This document shows, piece by piece, positions 63,387-64,000 of a stretch of DNA of 64,000 nucleotides (position 1 is the first letter of the stretch; each line of letters begins with the position of its first letter). This stretch comes from Dehalococcoidia bacterium. Its GTDB lineage: Bacteria; Chloroflexota; Dehalococcoidia; SHYD01. The position numbers and the translations under genes were made by a program. Below the pieces are notes generated by a model, which worked only from the letters and a program-made list of their open reading frames with translations, was not told where the DNA came from and did no database searches. The DNA lies in contig SHYD01000004.1 in the NCBI GenBank assembly GCA_009692945.1, positions 5,910-69,909 on the forward strand, given 5' to 3'.

Positions 63387-64000
63387 TTAACCCAGGCCCG
63401 CCCCACCCAAGGGCATCCGCAGGTAATCGTGGAAGCGGGCCTCAAAATGAGGGTCGCTGAGGAACACCCCGCGCCGGGCCACGGTCAGCGTGGCGCTGTT
63501 ATGCTGTTCCACGCCCCGGTGCACCATGCAGCTATGCACCGCCTGCGCCGTCACCAGCACCCCCAACGGGCGGAGGTGCTCGTCGATGGCGTTGGCGATC
63601 TGGTGGGTCATCCGTTCCTGGATCTGCAACCGCCGGGCATACACCTCGACCACCCGCGCCAGTTTCGACAGCCCCGCCACCTTCCCCGACTCCGGGTCGG
63701 GGATGTAGGCGATGTGGGCCACTCCGTTAAAGGGGGCGATGTGGTGCTCGCAGGTCGAGGCGAACTGGATGTTGCGCAAAATCACCATCTCATCGGTGGT
63801 TTCGAGGTGCTCGTCCTCATCCAGCCTGAAGGTGATCTGAAGGTGCCGGGCAGCATCCTCTTTCATCCCGCTGGTGTACGTCAGCAACGCCTCGGCCCAG
63901 CGGTCGGGAGTGTCGCGCAGCCCCTCCCGGTCCGGGTCCTCCCCCAGCAGTGCCAGCACCTCCCGCAGCAGAGGGCGAAGCCGAGCCCGGCGGGTGCTGC
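63387..64000 (-). CDS. folE: GTP cyclohydrolase I, N-terminus outside window
   Basis: [50 protein letters not shown]. The frame stays open upstream to nt 64000. Confidence 0.9.
   Translation of the reverse strand, partial: STRRARLRPLLREVLALLGEDPDREGLRDTPDRWAEALLTYTSGMKEDAARHLQITFRLDEDEHLETTDEMVILRNIQFASTCEHHIAPFNGVAHIAYIPDPESGKVAGLSKLARVVEVYARRLQIQERMTHQIANAIDEHLRPLGVLVTAQAVHSCMVHRGVEQHNSATLTVARRGVFLSDPHFEARFHDYLRMPLGGAGLG

Noticed and set aside
1-64000. Prophage, integrative element, toxin-antitoxin or known anti-phage defence system.
   Set aside because: I saw no integrase, recombinase, transposase, capsid/terminase, nuclease-helicase, reverse transcriptase, TIR/SIR2/STAND or small paired toxin-antitoxin ORFs. 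The only ATPase outside the ABC systems is the EutA-like protein.

Overview
This is a GC-rich, gene-dense bacterial chromosomal segment; GC content was judged by eye and not computed. Shine-Dalgarno sites are GGAGG-like, and GTG/TTG starts and ATGA/GTGA gene overlaps are frequent. The content is catabolic, transport and signalling. I recognised no rRNA, tRNA, CRISPR array, transposase, integrase, phage or classical defence gene.

Gene order, left to right:
- amidohydrolase-2 (cut by the window edge) and a cupin
- a tandem SET-domain gene pair
- a heavily decayed GNAT/NDP-forming acyl-CoA synthetase (Pat-like) pseudogene
- DM13 protein, HpaB-family oxygenase, SDR
- a frameshifted REC-PAS-GAF-GAF-HD-GYP sensor
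- a complete Pho module (response regulator, kinase, pstSCAB, phoU) and an MFS transporter
- an aromatic-type catabolic island: two family-III CoA-transferases, a crotonase, split LigB/LigA extradiol dioxygenase, 2-oxoacid dehydrogenase E1+E2, an ABC importer, a Gfo/Idh/MocA oxidoreductase, two tandem Rieske oxygenases, amidohydrolases, a solute-binding protein, a Zn-ADH and a VOC protein
- a decayed malQ
- a peptide-type ABC uptake unit (no ATPases) followed by two paralogous bicupins and an EutA-like ATPase with a His/Asp-rich N-terminus
- a frameshifted CAP-domain gene, a cNMP-binding protein, xth and a GH5 cellulase remnant
- a third Rieske oxygenase, RidA, four tandem SDR paralogues, an aldolase/VOC remnant, a DUF4242-like protein, pirin and folE (cut by the window edge)

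Three things stand out. First, the orphan EutA-like/bicupin trio. Second, modular GC-rich hairpin repeats and phased AATCYGYG decamers fill nearly every long intergenic gap. Third, at least six genes are disrupted, and one of the frame breaks sits in a perfect 19-bp inverted repeat.

All functional calls rest on motif recognition by eye; no database search was possible.
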